From assembly GCA_038320275.1 (NCBI GenBank), contig JBBQEB010000045.1:1-24626 (forward strand): a stretch of DNA of 24,626 nucleotides, read 5' to 3'. This DNA comes from Myxococcales bacterium. GTDB taxonomy: Bacteria; Myxococcota; Myxococcia; Myxococcales; Anaeromyxobacteraceae. Below the pieces are notes generated by a model. The model had not been told where the DNA came from. It did no database searches and saw nothing but the letters and a program-made list of their open reading frames with translations. Position numbers and translations under genes: made by a program. Below, one piece after another: positions 7,828 through 16,039 of this stretch; positions within the stretch are counted from its first letter, which is position 1; every line of letters starts with the position of its first letter.

Positions 7828-7926
7828 GCCCAAGGCGGGGGCGTCGCGCTCAGAGTGGCATGCCGCGCTCGAGTGTGTACGAAAGCGGCCACCCCTAGCT
7901 AGGAGCACGTGGAAGCACGTGGGGAT

Positions 7927-7949
7927 GAGCACCGCATTTTACGGTGCTC
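7927..7949. terminator. Hairpin between convergent genes (possible terminator, no U tract)
   Basis: GAGCACCG-CATTTTA-CGGTGCTC forms a perfect 8-bp stem. Confidence 0.35.
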
Positions 7950-7976
7950 GGCAGGGAATCTCGCGGACCGGCCGCC

Positions 7977-8481
7977 CTACCGTCGCAACCGGGCCGCCAT
8001 CTCGCGCGTGCATCCGGTGGCTCGGGGGTGAGGACGACCTTTCCGGTGGTGGTCTCTAGGAGGACGCGGCCGGAGGACCGCGTCGCGTACATCTGGAAGG
8101 GACCCAGCCCGCCGCTTCGATACGATCCGTAGTAGCCGAACAGCCCACCGACGCCAAAGGTCCGGATCGTACCCGCCATCGCGGCTGGTGGAAGCAGGGA
8201 AACGTTCCGCACCGACCGGATGGGGATGACGAGCGGGGCTGCCCTGCGGCGGCAAACGCGGATGGAAGTCTCGTCGATGGCGATCTCCCGGGCGCGTGGG
8301 CCCAGACGACCGCGAGCACGAGGAGGTTGGAGGCCAGAAGACCCCACCCGACGAGCGAAACCCCGGGTCGGGGCCGGGCAACCAGCAATGCTCCAACCCC
8401 AAGCGTCACCGCGACCAGCAGCACGCACAGCGCGGTGGTCGATACGCTGAGCCCACGATCACAGGAGGAGGCGTACGTCAT
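7977..8481 (-). pseudogene. Membrane-anchored bacterial PH-domain protein, frameshifted
   Basis: Two TM helices from ATG 8481 run to ...VVWAHAP. After a shift at ~8290, another frame gives REIAIDETSIRV...IRTFGVGGLFGYYGSY...MYAT...VLLETTTGKVVLTPE, typical of bacterial PH domains. A likely second shift at ~8008 leads to REMAARLRR-stop. Confidence 0.75.
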
Positions 8482-8542
8482 GGGCGCACTTGTCCCGGCT
8501 TGAAGGCTCGAGGCCAGTCGAGCGCACAGGAATGGCGGCGCG

Positions 8543-9334
8543 TCAGTGCAGCCCGTCCCCGACGGTCGTCTCCCCGGCGTACCGCGGCTGCCGCTCGGCC
8601 GCCTCCGCGGGCGCCTCGATGTCCAGCACGCGGAAGCGCCGGTCGAGGTGCCGCTTCAGCACCGGCATGGCGACGTTGTAGACGGGCACGCCCGCCGGCG
8701 TCCGACCCTCCAGCGCGCCGTGGTGCGCGTGGCCGTGAAAGACGGCCTGGGCGCCGAAGGCGTCCACCGGCCCGGCGAGCCGGCTCGTCCCGAGGAAGGG
8801 ACGGATCTCCGCCGGCTCGCCCTCGCAGGTCGCCGCGATGGGCGCGTAGTGCAGGACCACGATGCGGTGCGGCGTCTCGATCTGCGCCAGCGCCGACTCG
8901 AGCTTGAGCGCCTCGTTCACCGCCTCCTGCACGAAGGCCTTGATCGACGGCTCGCCGAAGGCCTGCAGCATCCCCTTCTCGAAGCCGCAGGCGAAGCCCT
9001 TCACCCCTGCCACCCCGAAGCGGCGATCGAAGATGGCGTGGTCCCCGTCCAGCATGTGGACGCCTGCTTCACGCAGCGTGCGGCAGACGTCCTTGGGGGT
9101 GCCGCTCTCGTAGTCGTGGTTTCCGAGCACCGCCGCGCAGGGCACGCGCAGGCCCGAGAGCGCCTCCGCCAGCGCCTTCGCCTCGTCGAGGAGCCCGTGG
9201 TCGGTGAGGTCGCCGCAGAGGACGAGCCCCTCCGCCTCGCCGTTGACCGCCTTCACGAGCTCGCGAAAGCGGCCGCGCTCGTCCTCACGGCAGTGAAGGT
9301 CCGCTGCCGCCGCCAGGCGAAACGACCGCGCCAT
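8543..9334 (-). CDS. Calcineurin-like metallophosphoesterase, 263 aa
   Basis: All five metal-binding motifs are present: ADLH, GDLTD, GNHD, LHY and GHAH. SD GGAGG precedes ATG 9334. Confidence 0.93.
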   Translation of the reverse strand: MARSFRLAAAADLHCREDERGRFRELVKAVNGEAEGLVLCGDLTDHGLLDEAKALAEALSGLRVPCAAVLGNHDYESGTPKDVCRTLREAGVHMLDGDHAIFDRRFGVAGVKGFACGFEKGMLQAFGEPSIKAFVQEAVNEALKLESALAQIETPHRIVVLHYAPIAATCEGEPAEIRPFLGTSRLAGPVDAFGAQAVFHGHAHHGALEGRTPAGVPVYNVAMPVLKRHLDRRFRVLDIEAPAEAAERQPRYAGETTVGDGLH

Positions 9335-9910
9335 CCGTCCTCCCTTCGTCAGGGTGTGTGGCGGAGCCGGCCCCGCCCATCGCCGCCCGGCCATCCTCGA
9401 AGCCCAGGCCCTCCACGGCGTGCTGGTACTGCGTGCGCGACACCAGGGTGCCGCGACAGACGCGGCGCTTCCAGTCGCCCACCTCGAGCTGGCGTGCCGT
9501 ACGCCGCAGGAGCTCGCGCATGATCCGGTCCGGAACCTTCGACCGCTCGCTCGGGAACGCGAAGCCGTACATGACGAGGTGCGAGAGGAGCACCTCCCAG
9601 TGCTCGTCGAAGCGCGCCAGGAGCCGGTCCCAGTCGAGCTCGTTGCCGCAGGACCTCACCAGGTGTGCGACGTCGTGGCCGTCGTGCCGCTCGCGCTCGC
9701 ACACGAAGGCCTTCGACCAGATCCTCTCCTCGGGCGGGGCGACTTCGTGTCCCGGTAGGCGCCGGTGTACTCGAAGAACGCGTACGCTCCCGCCACCAGG
9801 AAAGGCACGCCAGCCCCGGTGAGCGCGCTCAGCGCGTCCGAGCGCACGTCGAGCTCGGCCGCGCTGCGGCCTTCCGTCACGACCTCTGCACCCGGCGCCG
9901 CCGTGGACAT
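9285..9910 (-). pseudogene. Pol-beta-superfamily nucleotidyltransferase with internal deletion and frameshift
   Basis: 56 codons from ATG 9910 end in VPFLVAGAYAFFEYTGAYRDTK, exactly where the DxD motif should follow. A different frame resumes at 9743 with VAPPEERIWSKAFVCERERHDGHDVAHL...LDWDRLLARF...VCRGTLVSR. Confidence 0.85.
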
Positions 9911-9960
9911 GACTCCAAGGTTGCCATCGGGGCGCGGTCCGCAAAGCGGTCGAGGTGCGC

Positions 9961-10001
9961 TTCGGGGGCGGGTCGGGCGGGCTCGCCGGGCCGCCCCCGA
10001 A
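9961..10001. terminator. Strong GC-rich hairpin downstream of dinB
   Basis: TTCGGGGGCGG (9961-9971) is the exact reverse complement of CCGCCCCCGAA (9991-10001). It lies ~20 nt after the dinB stop and has no U tract. Confidence 0.45.
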
Positions 10002-10022
10002 AGTCCGCTCGCTCGCCCGGCG

Positions 10023-11207
10023 TCACGCATCGTCGTCCCGCGGCTCTTCTGCCAGGGTGGCGAGCCGTACCGCCCCGGCGCCGAACCGCTCCGCCAGGGC
10101 GTCTACTGCCGCATGCAGCGCGGCCCGGCGCGGCTCCTCGGGCGGGGGCCCGAAGAGCCCGAGCTGCCGCTCCACCGCGCCGTCGAACCCACTCACCGAC
10201 ACCCCGGTGAGGCGGACCGGCCGGCTGAGGTCGGCGCGCCGGAGGCACCCTCTCGCCGCTTCGTAGATCCCTTTTCCGTCGTCCGTCGCCGCGCCCAGCG
10301 TGGAGCGCCGCGTCACGCTCTCGAAGTCCGCGTACTTGAGCTTCAGCGTGACCGTCCGGCCCTTGCGTCCGCCCGCGCGAAGGCGCCCGGCGACGCGCTC
10401 CGCCTGCGCGAGCAGGTGCGGGAGCAGCGCCGCCTCGCCGCGCAGGTCGCGCTCGAAGGTCTCCTCGGCGCCCACGCTCCGAGCCTCCTCGTCGGGGACC
10501 ACCGGGCGCGGGTCCTCGCCACGCGCCAGCGCCTGCAGCTCGCGCGCGTGGTTCGGGCCCACCGCGCTCGCCACCAGCACCTCTGGCGCCGCCGCGATGT
10601 CGCCGATGCGGTGGAGGCCAGCCCGCGCCAGGGCGGCGCCGGTGACCTCCCCCACCCCCCACAGCCTGCCGGCCGGCAGCGGCGCCAGGAAGGCGCGGCC
10701 CGTCCCCACCGGAACCTCCAGCAGGCCGTCCGGCTTGCAGAGGTCGCTCGCGATCTTGGCGACGAGCTTCACCTCGGCGACGCCCGCCGACACGGCGAGG
10801 CCCACCTCGTCCCGGACCCGCCGGCGCAGCGCCTCGCCGATGGCGCGTCCCGAGCCGTGCAGGGCCGCGCTCTCCGTCACGTCGAGGAAGGCCTCGTCGA
10901 GGGAGAGCGGCTCCACGAGCGGGGTGTAGGCCCGGTACAGCTCGAAGACGCGCTGCGACAGCACCCCGTACCTGTCGAAGCGCGGCGGCACGATCACCGC
11001 TGCAGGGCAGAGGCGCCGCGCCCGGCCGGTGGGCATCGCCGAGCGGACGCCGAAGCGCCGCGCCTCGTAGCTGGCGGCGCACACCACGCCGCGTGCCGAG
11101 CGCCCCGCCACCAGCACCGGCCTGCCGCGCAGCGCCGGATCGTCGAGCTGCTCCACGGATGCGTAGAACGCATCGAGATCCAGGTGCAGGATGGCCCTCG
11201 GGCGCAC
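10023..11207 (-). CDS. dinB: DNA polymerase IV (Y family)
   Basis: LHLDLDAFYASVE, SYEARRFGVRSAM, SLDEAFLDV, AKIASDLCKPDG, LWGVG, and a C-terminal little-finger domain. Confidence 0.97.
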   Translation of the reverse strand: MRPRAILHLDLDAFYASVEQLDDPALRGRPVLVAGRSARGVVCAASYEARRFGVRSAMPTGRARRLCPAAVIVPPRFDRYGVLSQRVFELYRAYTPLVEPLSLDEAFLDVTESAALHGSGRAIGEALRRRVRDEVGLAVSAGVAEVKLVAKIASDLCKPDGLLEVPVGTGRAFLAPLPAGRLWGVGEVTGAALARAGLHRIGDIAAAPEVLVASAVGPNHARELQALARGEDPRPVVPDEEARSVGAEETFERDLRGEAALLPHLLAQAERVAGRLRAGGRKGRTVTLKLKYADFESVTRRSTLGAATDDGKGIYEAARGCLRRADLSRPVRLTGVSVSGFDGAVERQLGLFGPPPEEPRRAALHAAVDALAERFGAGAVRLATLAEEPRDDDA

Positions 11208-11332
11208 TCCGTCGTCTTAACGCGCGTCGCGGCCCGCCGTGCGAGCGCCGTCGGCATGTCCCGGCGGTCCCGTCGCCGACCGCCACCCCGCGTTTGACGA
11301 TGGGCACGCGCAGGTGGGACCATCCTCGTTCT

Positions 11333-11968
11333 GTGATCGACGAGCCACCTCCGCACGGTGTGCCGCCGCCGGCCCGCGTCGCCGAGCGGCTGCGCCATGC
11401 CGCTCGCGAGGAGTTCGCCCAGTTGGGCTACAGCGGCGCGCGCGTGAAGAGCATCGCCCGAGCGGCCTCTTGCAACGTCGCCCTGCTCTACCGCCACTGG
11501 ACTTCCAAACAGGCGCTGTACGTGGACGTGCTCCACGCGGTGATGAAGTTCATCGCAGACGAGGTGAGCGCTCGTCTGGACCAGGAGAGCGGCGCGCAGG
11601 CGGTGGTTCACGCGTACGTCGACACCATGATGAAGGACACCGTCGCGGCCCGGATCCTCGTCCGCGAGCTGCTCGATGGCGGCCCGTTCATGGCGGAGGT
11701 CGTCGCCCGTGAGCCGGCGCTCCGCGACCCGGTGCTGCAGGCGGCCCAGGCGCTCGCGGGAGGGTCGGAGGGGGGTCGGGAGCGAAGCGGCGAAGCCGTT
11801 TTGCTCGTCCTCTCGATCGGTGGGCTGGCGGCCCTCATCGCGGCGGCCCGCGAGTCGGCGCGCCCGTTCGTCGATGGTCCCATCAGCCCCGAGACGTGGC
11901 GGCGCAGCCTTCACGACCTGCTCCTGTATGGAGCCGTCGCCGGGCGGGGGCCTGCCGCGCAAGGCTGA
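11333..11968 (+). CDS. TetR/AcrR-family transcriptional regulator
   Basis: HTH AAREEFAQLGYSGARVKSIARAASCNVALLYRHWTSKQALY. The start is GTG 11333 or ATG 11300. Confidence 0.9.
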   Translation: MIDEPPPHGVPPPARVAERLRHAAREEFAQLGYSGARVKSIARAASCNVALLYRHWTSKQALYVDVLHAVMKFIADEVSARLDQESGAQAVVHAYVDTMMKDTVAARILVRELLDGGPFMAEVVAREPALRDPVLQAAQALAGGSEGGRERSGEAVLLVLSIGGLAALIAAARESARPFVDGPISPETWRRSLHDLLLYGAVAGRGPAAQG

Positions 11969-12006
11969 CGTCGCGGCCTCCGCCGCGGCGAGGTAGACCT
12001 GTCCGC

Positions 12007-13137
12007 ATGGCACCTCCCATCGTGGTCGTGGGCGCAGGCGTGCAGGGCTGCGCGGTCGCGCTGCGCCTCGTGCAGGCTGGGCGCGAGGTGGTGGTGCTGG
12101 AGCGCAGCATCCCGGGCGCGGAGGCCTCCAGCGCCGCAGGCGGTATCCTGTCGCCGGGGGTGGAGGCGGTCGAGCCCGGACCGTTTCACGATCTGTGTGA
12201 GGCGTCCCTGGCGCGCTATCCGGCGCTCGCCCGCGAGCTGGAGGAATCGACGGGCCTGCCGATCGGCTTTCGTGGCGGCGGGACGCTCGAGGTGGCGCTC
12301 GACGACGAGCACGCGCGGATCCTCGCCGCACGCGCGGAGCGGCTCGTGCGGCTGGGGATCGCGGTCGAGGTGCTCGACGACGCGGCGGTCCGCGCGCTGG
12401 AGCCGGGGGTCTCCCCACGCGCGCGGGGAGCGCTCTGGTTTCGCGAGGAGGCCTCCGTGGATCCGCGCCTCCTCGCCCGCGCGCTCTACCTCGCCGCGCA
12501 CGGGGCCGGGGCGCGGTTCCTCACCGGACAAGCTCTCCGCATCGTGGAGGAGGGCGGCCGGGCGGTGGCGGTCGAGCACGCGTCGGGGCGCATCGGCGCT
12601 AGCGCGGTGGTCCTCGCGGCAGGCGCCTGGAGCGCGCTCGTGCCCGGCAGCGGGCTCCCGCGCGGCGCGATCCGGCCCGTGCGCGGGCAGATGGCGCTCC
12701 TCGATACGCGCCCTCGCCTGCTGTCGCGCGTCGTCTTCAGCGACAAGGGCTACGTCGTCCCGCGCGCCGATGGACGGGTGCTCTGCGGATCGACGATGGA
12801 GGAGGTGGGCTTCGAGCGGGCGGTGACCGCCGGCGGCCTGGCCTCGGTGCTGGGGCTCGCGCTGGAGATCGCCCCCGCCCTCGCCGCCGCCCCCGTCCTC
12901 GAGACCTGGTCGAGCTTCCGGCCCGCGTCCCCGGACGGCTGGCCCGTCCTGGGCCCGGCCGCGCTGGCGGGCCTGTTCTACGCGACGGGCCACACCCGCA
13001 ACGGCATCCTCCTCACCCCGGTCACCGCCGACGCGGTGGCCGCGGCCGTGCTCGGCCGGCCACCGCCGGTGGATCTGGCTCCCTTCTCCGCCGAGCGCCT
13101 CGCGGAACGGGGCGCACCCGCGCTCCACCCGGGGTGA
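12007..13137 (+). CDS. thiO: Glycine oxidase ThiO (FAD-dependent), 376 aa
   Basis: VVVGAGVQG dinucleotide motif, ASSAAGGIL, PVRGQ, RPASPDGWPVLG and GHTRNGILLTP. Confidence 0.85.
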   Translation: MAPPIVVVGAGVQGCAVALRLVQAGREVVVLERSIPGAEASSAAGGILSPGVEAVEPGPFHDLCEASLARYPALARELEESTGLPIGFRGGGTLEVALDDEHARILAARAERLVRLGIAVEVLDDAAVRALEPGVSPRARGALWFREEASVDPRLLARALYLAAHGAGARFLTGQALRIVEEGGRAVAVEHASGRIGASAVVLAAGAWSALVPGSGLPRGAIRPVRGQMALLDTRPRLLSRVVFSDKGYVVPRADGRVLCGSTMEEVGFERAVTAGGLASVLGLALEIAPALAAAPVLETWSSFRPASPDGWPVLGPAALAGLFYATGHTRNGILLTPVTADAVAAAVLGRPPPVDLAPFSAERLAERGAPALHPG

Positions 13138-13195
13138 GGGTGCGCGCGGGGCGCAGGACTGGCTCCAACGTGGTCCCATTGCGGGGCGCGGCGGC

Positions 13196-13224
13196 TTGTC
13201 CATCGCTGCGGGACAGACTACGTT
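13196..13224 (+). promoter_or_regulatory. Candidate sigma70-type promoter
   Basis: TTGTCC, 17 nt, TACGTT, ending 9 nt before ATG 13234. Confidence 0.5.
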
Positions 13225-13233
13225 TTCCTCGCC

Positions 13234-13629
13234 ATGTTTTCGTTCTTCGGCCTCCTCTTCGCCTTGCGCCTCGGCACCTTCACGCCGAGCGCGGCGCCGA
13301 GCGTCATCTCGGTGAGGGCCGAGGCGCGCGCGGTGGCGAACGCGGCGGTGCTCGGACCGGCAGCCCAGGTCGACCCCACCAACGTCTGGAACGCAGGGCC
13401 CCAGTCGCCGGAATGGCCCGTGTTCAATGGCCCATCCACCGGCGCAGCAGCGGCCGTCCCGGTGTTTCGCGCCTATCGACCGGAGGAGTGGGTCTCGATG
13501 GTCGCGGACAAGCTCCACCTCGGGGAATACCGCGTCACGCAGGCGGCGATGTGGCTCATGGCCTCGCCCGTCCACGTCGATCTGTCCCCGCGCCACGTGT
13601 ACGTGACCGTTCGCATCAAGTCGCCGTAG
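13234..13629 (+). CDS. Hypothetical protein, possibly exported, 131 aa
   Basis: GC3-rich codons, a hydrophobic N-terminus and a promoter-like sequence upstream. It fills the gap between thiO and the next gene. Confidence 0.7.
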   Translation: MFSFFGLLFALRLGTFTPSAAPSVISVRAEARAVANAAVLGPAAQVDPTNVWNAGPQSPEWPVFNGPSTGAAAAVPVFRAYRPEEWVSMVADKLHLGEYRVTQAAMWLMASPVHVDLSPRHVYVTVRIKSP

Positions 13630-13678
13630 GTATCCCTTCGACACGGTACGCCCGCTTCGTGGCCCCCTCGCGAGGGTT

Positions 13679-14935
13679 GTGGCAGACTCGCGCACGTTGA
13701 GCCCCCGCCAGCCTCATTCCATGCTCATCTGCCTGTGCTTCGCCCTCGCCTGCGAGGGCCGCGGCACGCTGTCCTCCCCTCGCATCGACGCTCGGGGGCC
13801 GCTCCCTTCCCCGAGCAGCTCGCGAGCGAGAGAGCCCGCTTCTACGGGCCGGGAGCCCGCGCCCCCGCCTCTCGTCCGCTGCCTGCGGGGAGGCCGGACC
13901 GGACCCCCGCAGTCTCTCGTCACGCGGGGCGAGGAGGCTCTCCGGCGGGGCGACGCGCCGCGAGCGCTCGCCTGCGCCGAGGAGGCGCTGCGTGCCTCCC
14001 CCCGGCTCCTCTCCGGCCTGAGCTGCCGCGCTGCGGCCCTCGTCGGGCTGGGCCGCCTGGAGGAGGCCAGGACCGCCTATGCGCGCGCGCTCGCCGTCGA
14101 TCCCAGCGATGCCGAGGTCCTCTACGGCGCGGCCGATCTCCACGTCGCGCGGCTGGACGGCGACCGCGACACCGTGGAGCTCGGGCTCGAATACGCGCTG
14201 CGCGGCCTCGCTCGGGCCCGCCTCTCCGACCCCGAACTGACGGCCGACCTCGCCCTCGTGGCAGCCTCGGCCGAGAACGACCTGGGCGAGAGCGCGGAGG
14301 CCCTGGAGCACGCAGGCGAGGCGCTGCGCGTCCGCCCCGGGAGCACCGACGGGCTGTACGAGAAGGGCGTCGCGCTGTACGAGCTCTGCCGGTTCGGCGA
14401 GGCGCGCTCGGCGCTGGAGCGGGTGCTGGAGCTCCAACCCGACGATCCCTGGACGCTGTACCAGCTCTCGCTGGTGGCGGAGCGGACCGGCGACGCGCGC
14501 AGGGCCGAGCGGCTGGCGCGCCGGGCGACCGCGCTCGCGCCCGAGGAGTTTCCGCCCGCCCTGGAGCTGCCCGAAGGCGCCTTCGACCGCGAGCTGCGCA
14601 AGGCGGTCGCGGCGCTCCCGCCGGCCGAGCAGCAGGCCCTGTCCGCGCTCCCGGTGGAGGTGGCGGACGTTCCCGCCCTCGACGACCTCACCGCAGTCGA
14701 GCCGCCCCTATCGCCCTCCATCCTGGGGCTCTACCGCGGACCTTCGGAGGGAGAGCCCTGCCTCCCCCAGGACGGCCCGCGCTGCCGCAGCATCGTCTTC
14801 TACCGCCGCAACCTGGCGCGCTTCGCACGCACCCCCGGCGAGCTGGAGGAGCAGGTGCGGGTGACCTTGCTCCACGAGCTGGGCCACTTCCACGGCGAGT
14901 CGGACGATGAGCTCCGCGCCCGCGGGCTCGAGTAG
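13679..14935 (+). CDS. TPR-repeat protein with C-terminal minimal zincin (Zincin_1-like) metallopeptidase domain
   Basis: TPR-like repeats (GRLEEARTAYARALAVDP, CRFGEARSALERVLELQP), then ILGLYRG, IVFYRRNL and VTLLHELGHFHG (HEXXH). Lipobox-like FALAC. The start is uncertain (13679-13721). Confidence 0.88.
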   Translation: MADSRTLSPRQPHSMLICLCFALACEGRGTLSSPRIDARGPLPSPSSSRAREPASTGREPAPPPLVRCLRGGRTGPPQSLVTRGEEALRRGDAPRALACAEEALRASPRLLSGLSCRAAALVGLGRLEEARTAYARALAVDPSDAEVLYGAADLHVARLDGDRDTVELGLEYALRGLARARLSDPELTADLALVAASAENDLGESAEALEHAGEALRVRPGSTDGLYEKGVALYELCRFGEARSALERVLELQPDDPWTLYQLSLVAERTGDARRAERLARRATALAPEEFPPALELPEGAFDRELRKAVAALPPAEQQALSALPVEVADVPALDDLTAVEPPLSPSILGLYRGPSEGEPCLPQDGPRCRSIVFYRRNLARFARTPGELEEQVRVTLLHELGHFHGESDDELRARGLE

Positions 14936-15044
14936 GCAGGCGGGACGTCCCTCCTCGAGGTTCGCCTGCCTGTGCGAGGCACCCCCGCGCCCGCCCCAAA
15001 GGGATGGACCGCGGCCGGGGAGGGAGGCTAAGTTGCGCGCGGAC

Positions 15045-15692
15045 ATGGCCAACTACGACCCCTTCGAAAATTCCTGGAAGCCCTTCGGCTTGCTCCAGAC
15101 AGTCCGCGACGGTCGCTCCGTGCTCGCCGAGGCAAGCCTGTGGCAGCTCTCCGGCCAGCATCCGGACCGGGTGGAGCGGGTCTCACCGGACGAGATCTAC
15201 GTCCACCTGGACGCGGCGTACCGCCTGGAGCGCGTGGGCGACCGCGCGTTCTACTCCCTCATTCCGGCGCCCGAGCGCCCCCTGCCGCCCAGGCGGGTTC
15301 CTCCGCCAGCGCCAGCGCCGGCCCCCAAGCCCGCCGCGGCCCCTGCTGCGGTCGCGAAGCCGGCTGCCCCTGCGCCGGCAGCCTCCGCGCCTGCGCCGGC
15401 CTCGAAGGCGGTCCCGACTTCACCCGCTGCCGCGAAGCCAGCGGCACCGGCCACGGCGGTACCGGCGGATGCCGCGCCGGCAGCAGCACCCGCCGCCGCG
15501 GCCGCCAAGCCTGCCTCTGCTGCCCCGCCCAGTGCCACCCCAGCTCCCGCCGCCTCCCCTGCCCTCCCGGCGGAGAAGCCCACGGTGACGCTGGATCCGG
15601 TTCAGGTGCAGGCACCCGCATCCGCCACCCAGCCCTCTCCCGCGGCGGCGCCCCTGGCCGCACCTCCGCCCGTGGTGAAGCCGCCCGTCTAG
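15045..15692 (+). CDS. Hypothetical protein: small N-terminal domain plus Pro/Ala-rich tail, 215 aa
   Basis: A globular-looking segment MANYDPFENSW...FYSLIP is followed by a low-complexity tail with KPAA/KPAS units. Confidence 0.75.
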   Translation: MANYDPFENSWKPFGLLQTVRDGRSVLAEASLWQLSGQHPDRVERVSPDEIYVHLDAAYRLERVGDRAFYSLIPAPERPLPPRRVPPPAPAPAPKPAAAPAAVAKPAAPAPAASAPAPASKAVPTSPAAAKPAAPATAVPADAAPAAAPAAAAAKPASAAPPSATPAPAASPALPAEKPTVTLDPVQVQAPASATQPSPAAAPLAAPPPVVKPPV

Positions 15693-15982
15693 CGCCTTCG
15701 CGGCTGGGTCACGTGCATCGCGTCCACCTCCGGCGCCTCCGGCGGCTCGGGCTCCATGAGGTTCGAGAGGTCGTCCTCGGGCCCGGGCATGTCGCCGCCC
15801 GAGTCGTTGCCGAGCCGCGTGGGGGCCGCGCCTCCCACGTTGGAGGGCGGCACCAGGCGGTCCCCGCGCTCGCCATCCCGGTCCGGCCGCTCGCTCGGCT
15901 GGGCCGTGATCTCGGGCTCCGGGGCGTCGTCGTCGAGCTCCACCGGGCGGGAGCCGCTCCTGCGATCTTTTTCGTTGGGCAC
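15689..15982 (-). CDS. Small acidic, likely disordered hypothetical protein, 97 aa
   Basis: GC3-rich codons and D/E/P-rich composition. Its stop overlaps the convergent stop (CTAG, 15689-15692). A promoter-like sequence lies upstream. Confidence 0.65.
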   Translation of the reverse strand: MPNEKDRRSGSRPVELDDDAPEPEITAQPSERPDRDGERGDRLVPPSNVGGAAPTRLGNDSGGDMPGPEDDLSNLMEPEPPEAPEVDAMHVTQPRRR

Positions 15983-15988
15983 GGATGG

Positions 15989-16017
15989 AGTGTGCTGCGC
16001 GTGGGCCTCGCCCGCAA
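15989..16017 (-). promoter_or_regulatory. Candidate promoter, leaderless transcript
   Basis: TTGCGG, 17 nt, CACACT, 6 nt, then GTG 15982. No SD sequence is present. Confidence 0.45.
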
Positions 16018-16039
16018 TCGGCGTTGCCCGTGCGGGGGC

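Noticed and set aside
11208..11332. LexA/SOS box or TetR operator in the dinB-TetR divergent gap
   Set aside because: No match to a LexA box I know and only weak GC-rich palindromes.
11911..13695. 594-aa minus ORF
   Set aside because: Antisense to thiO and the 131-aa gene, with no domain signal.
15280..15690. Repeat-like DNA as a tandem repeat or CRISPR array
   Set aside because: Explained by Pro/Ala codons; there is no fixed repeat-spacer period.
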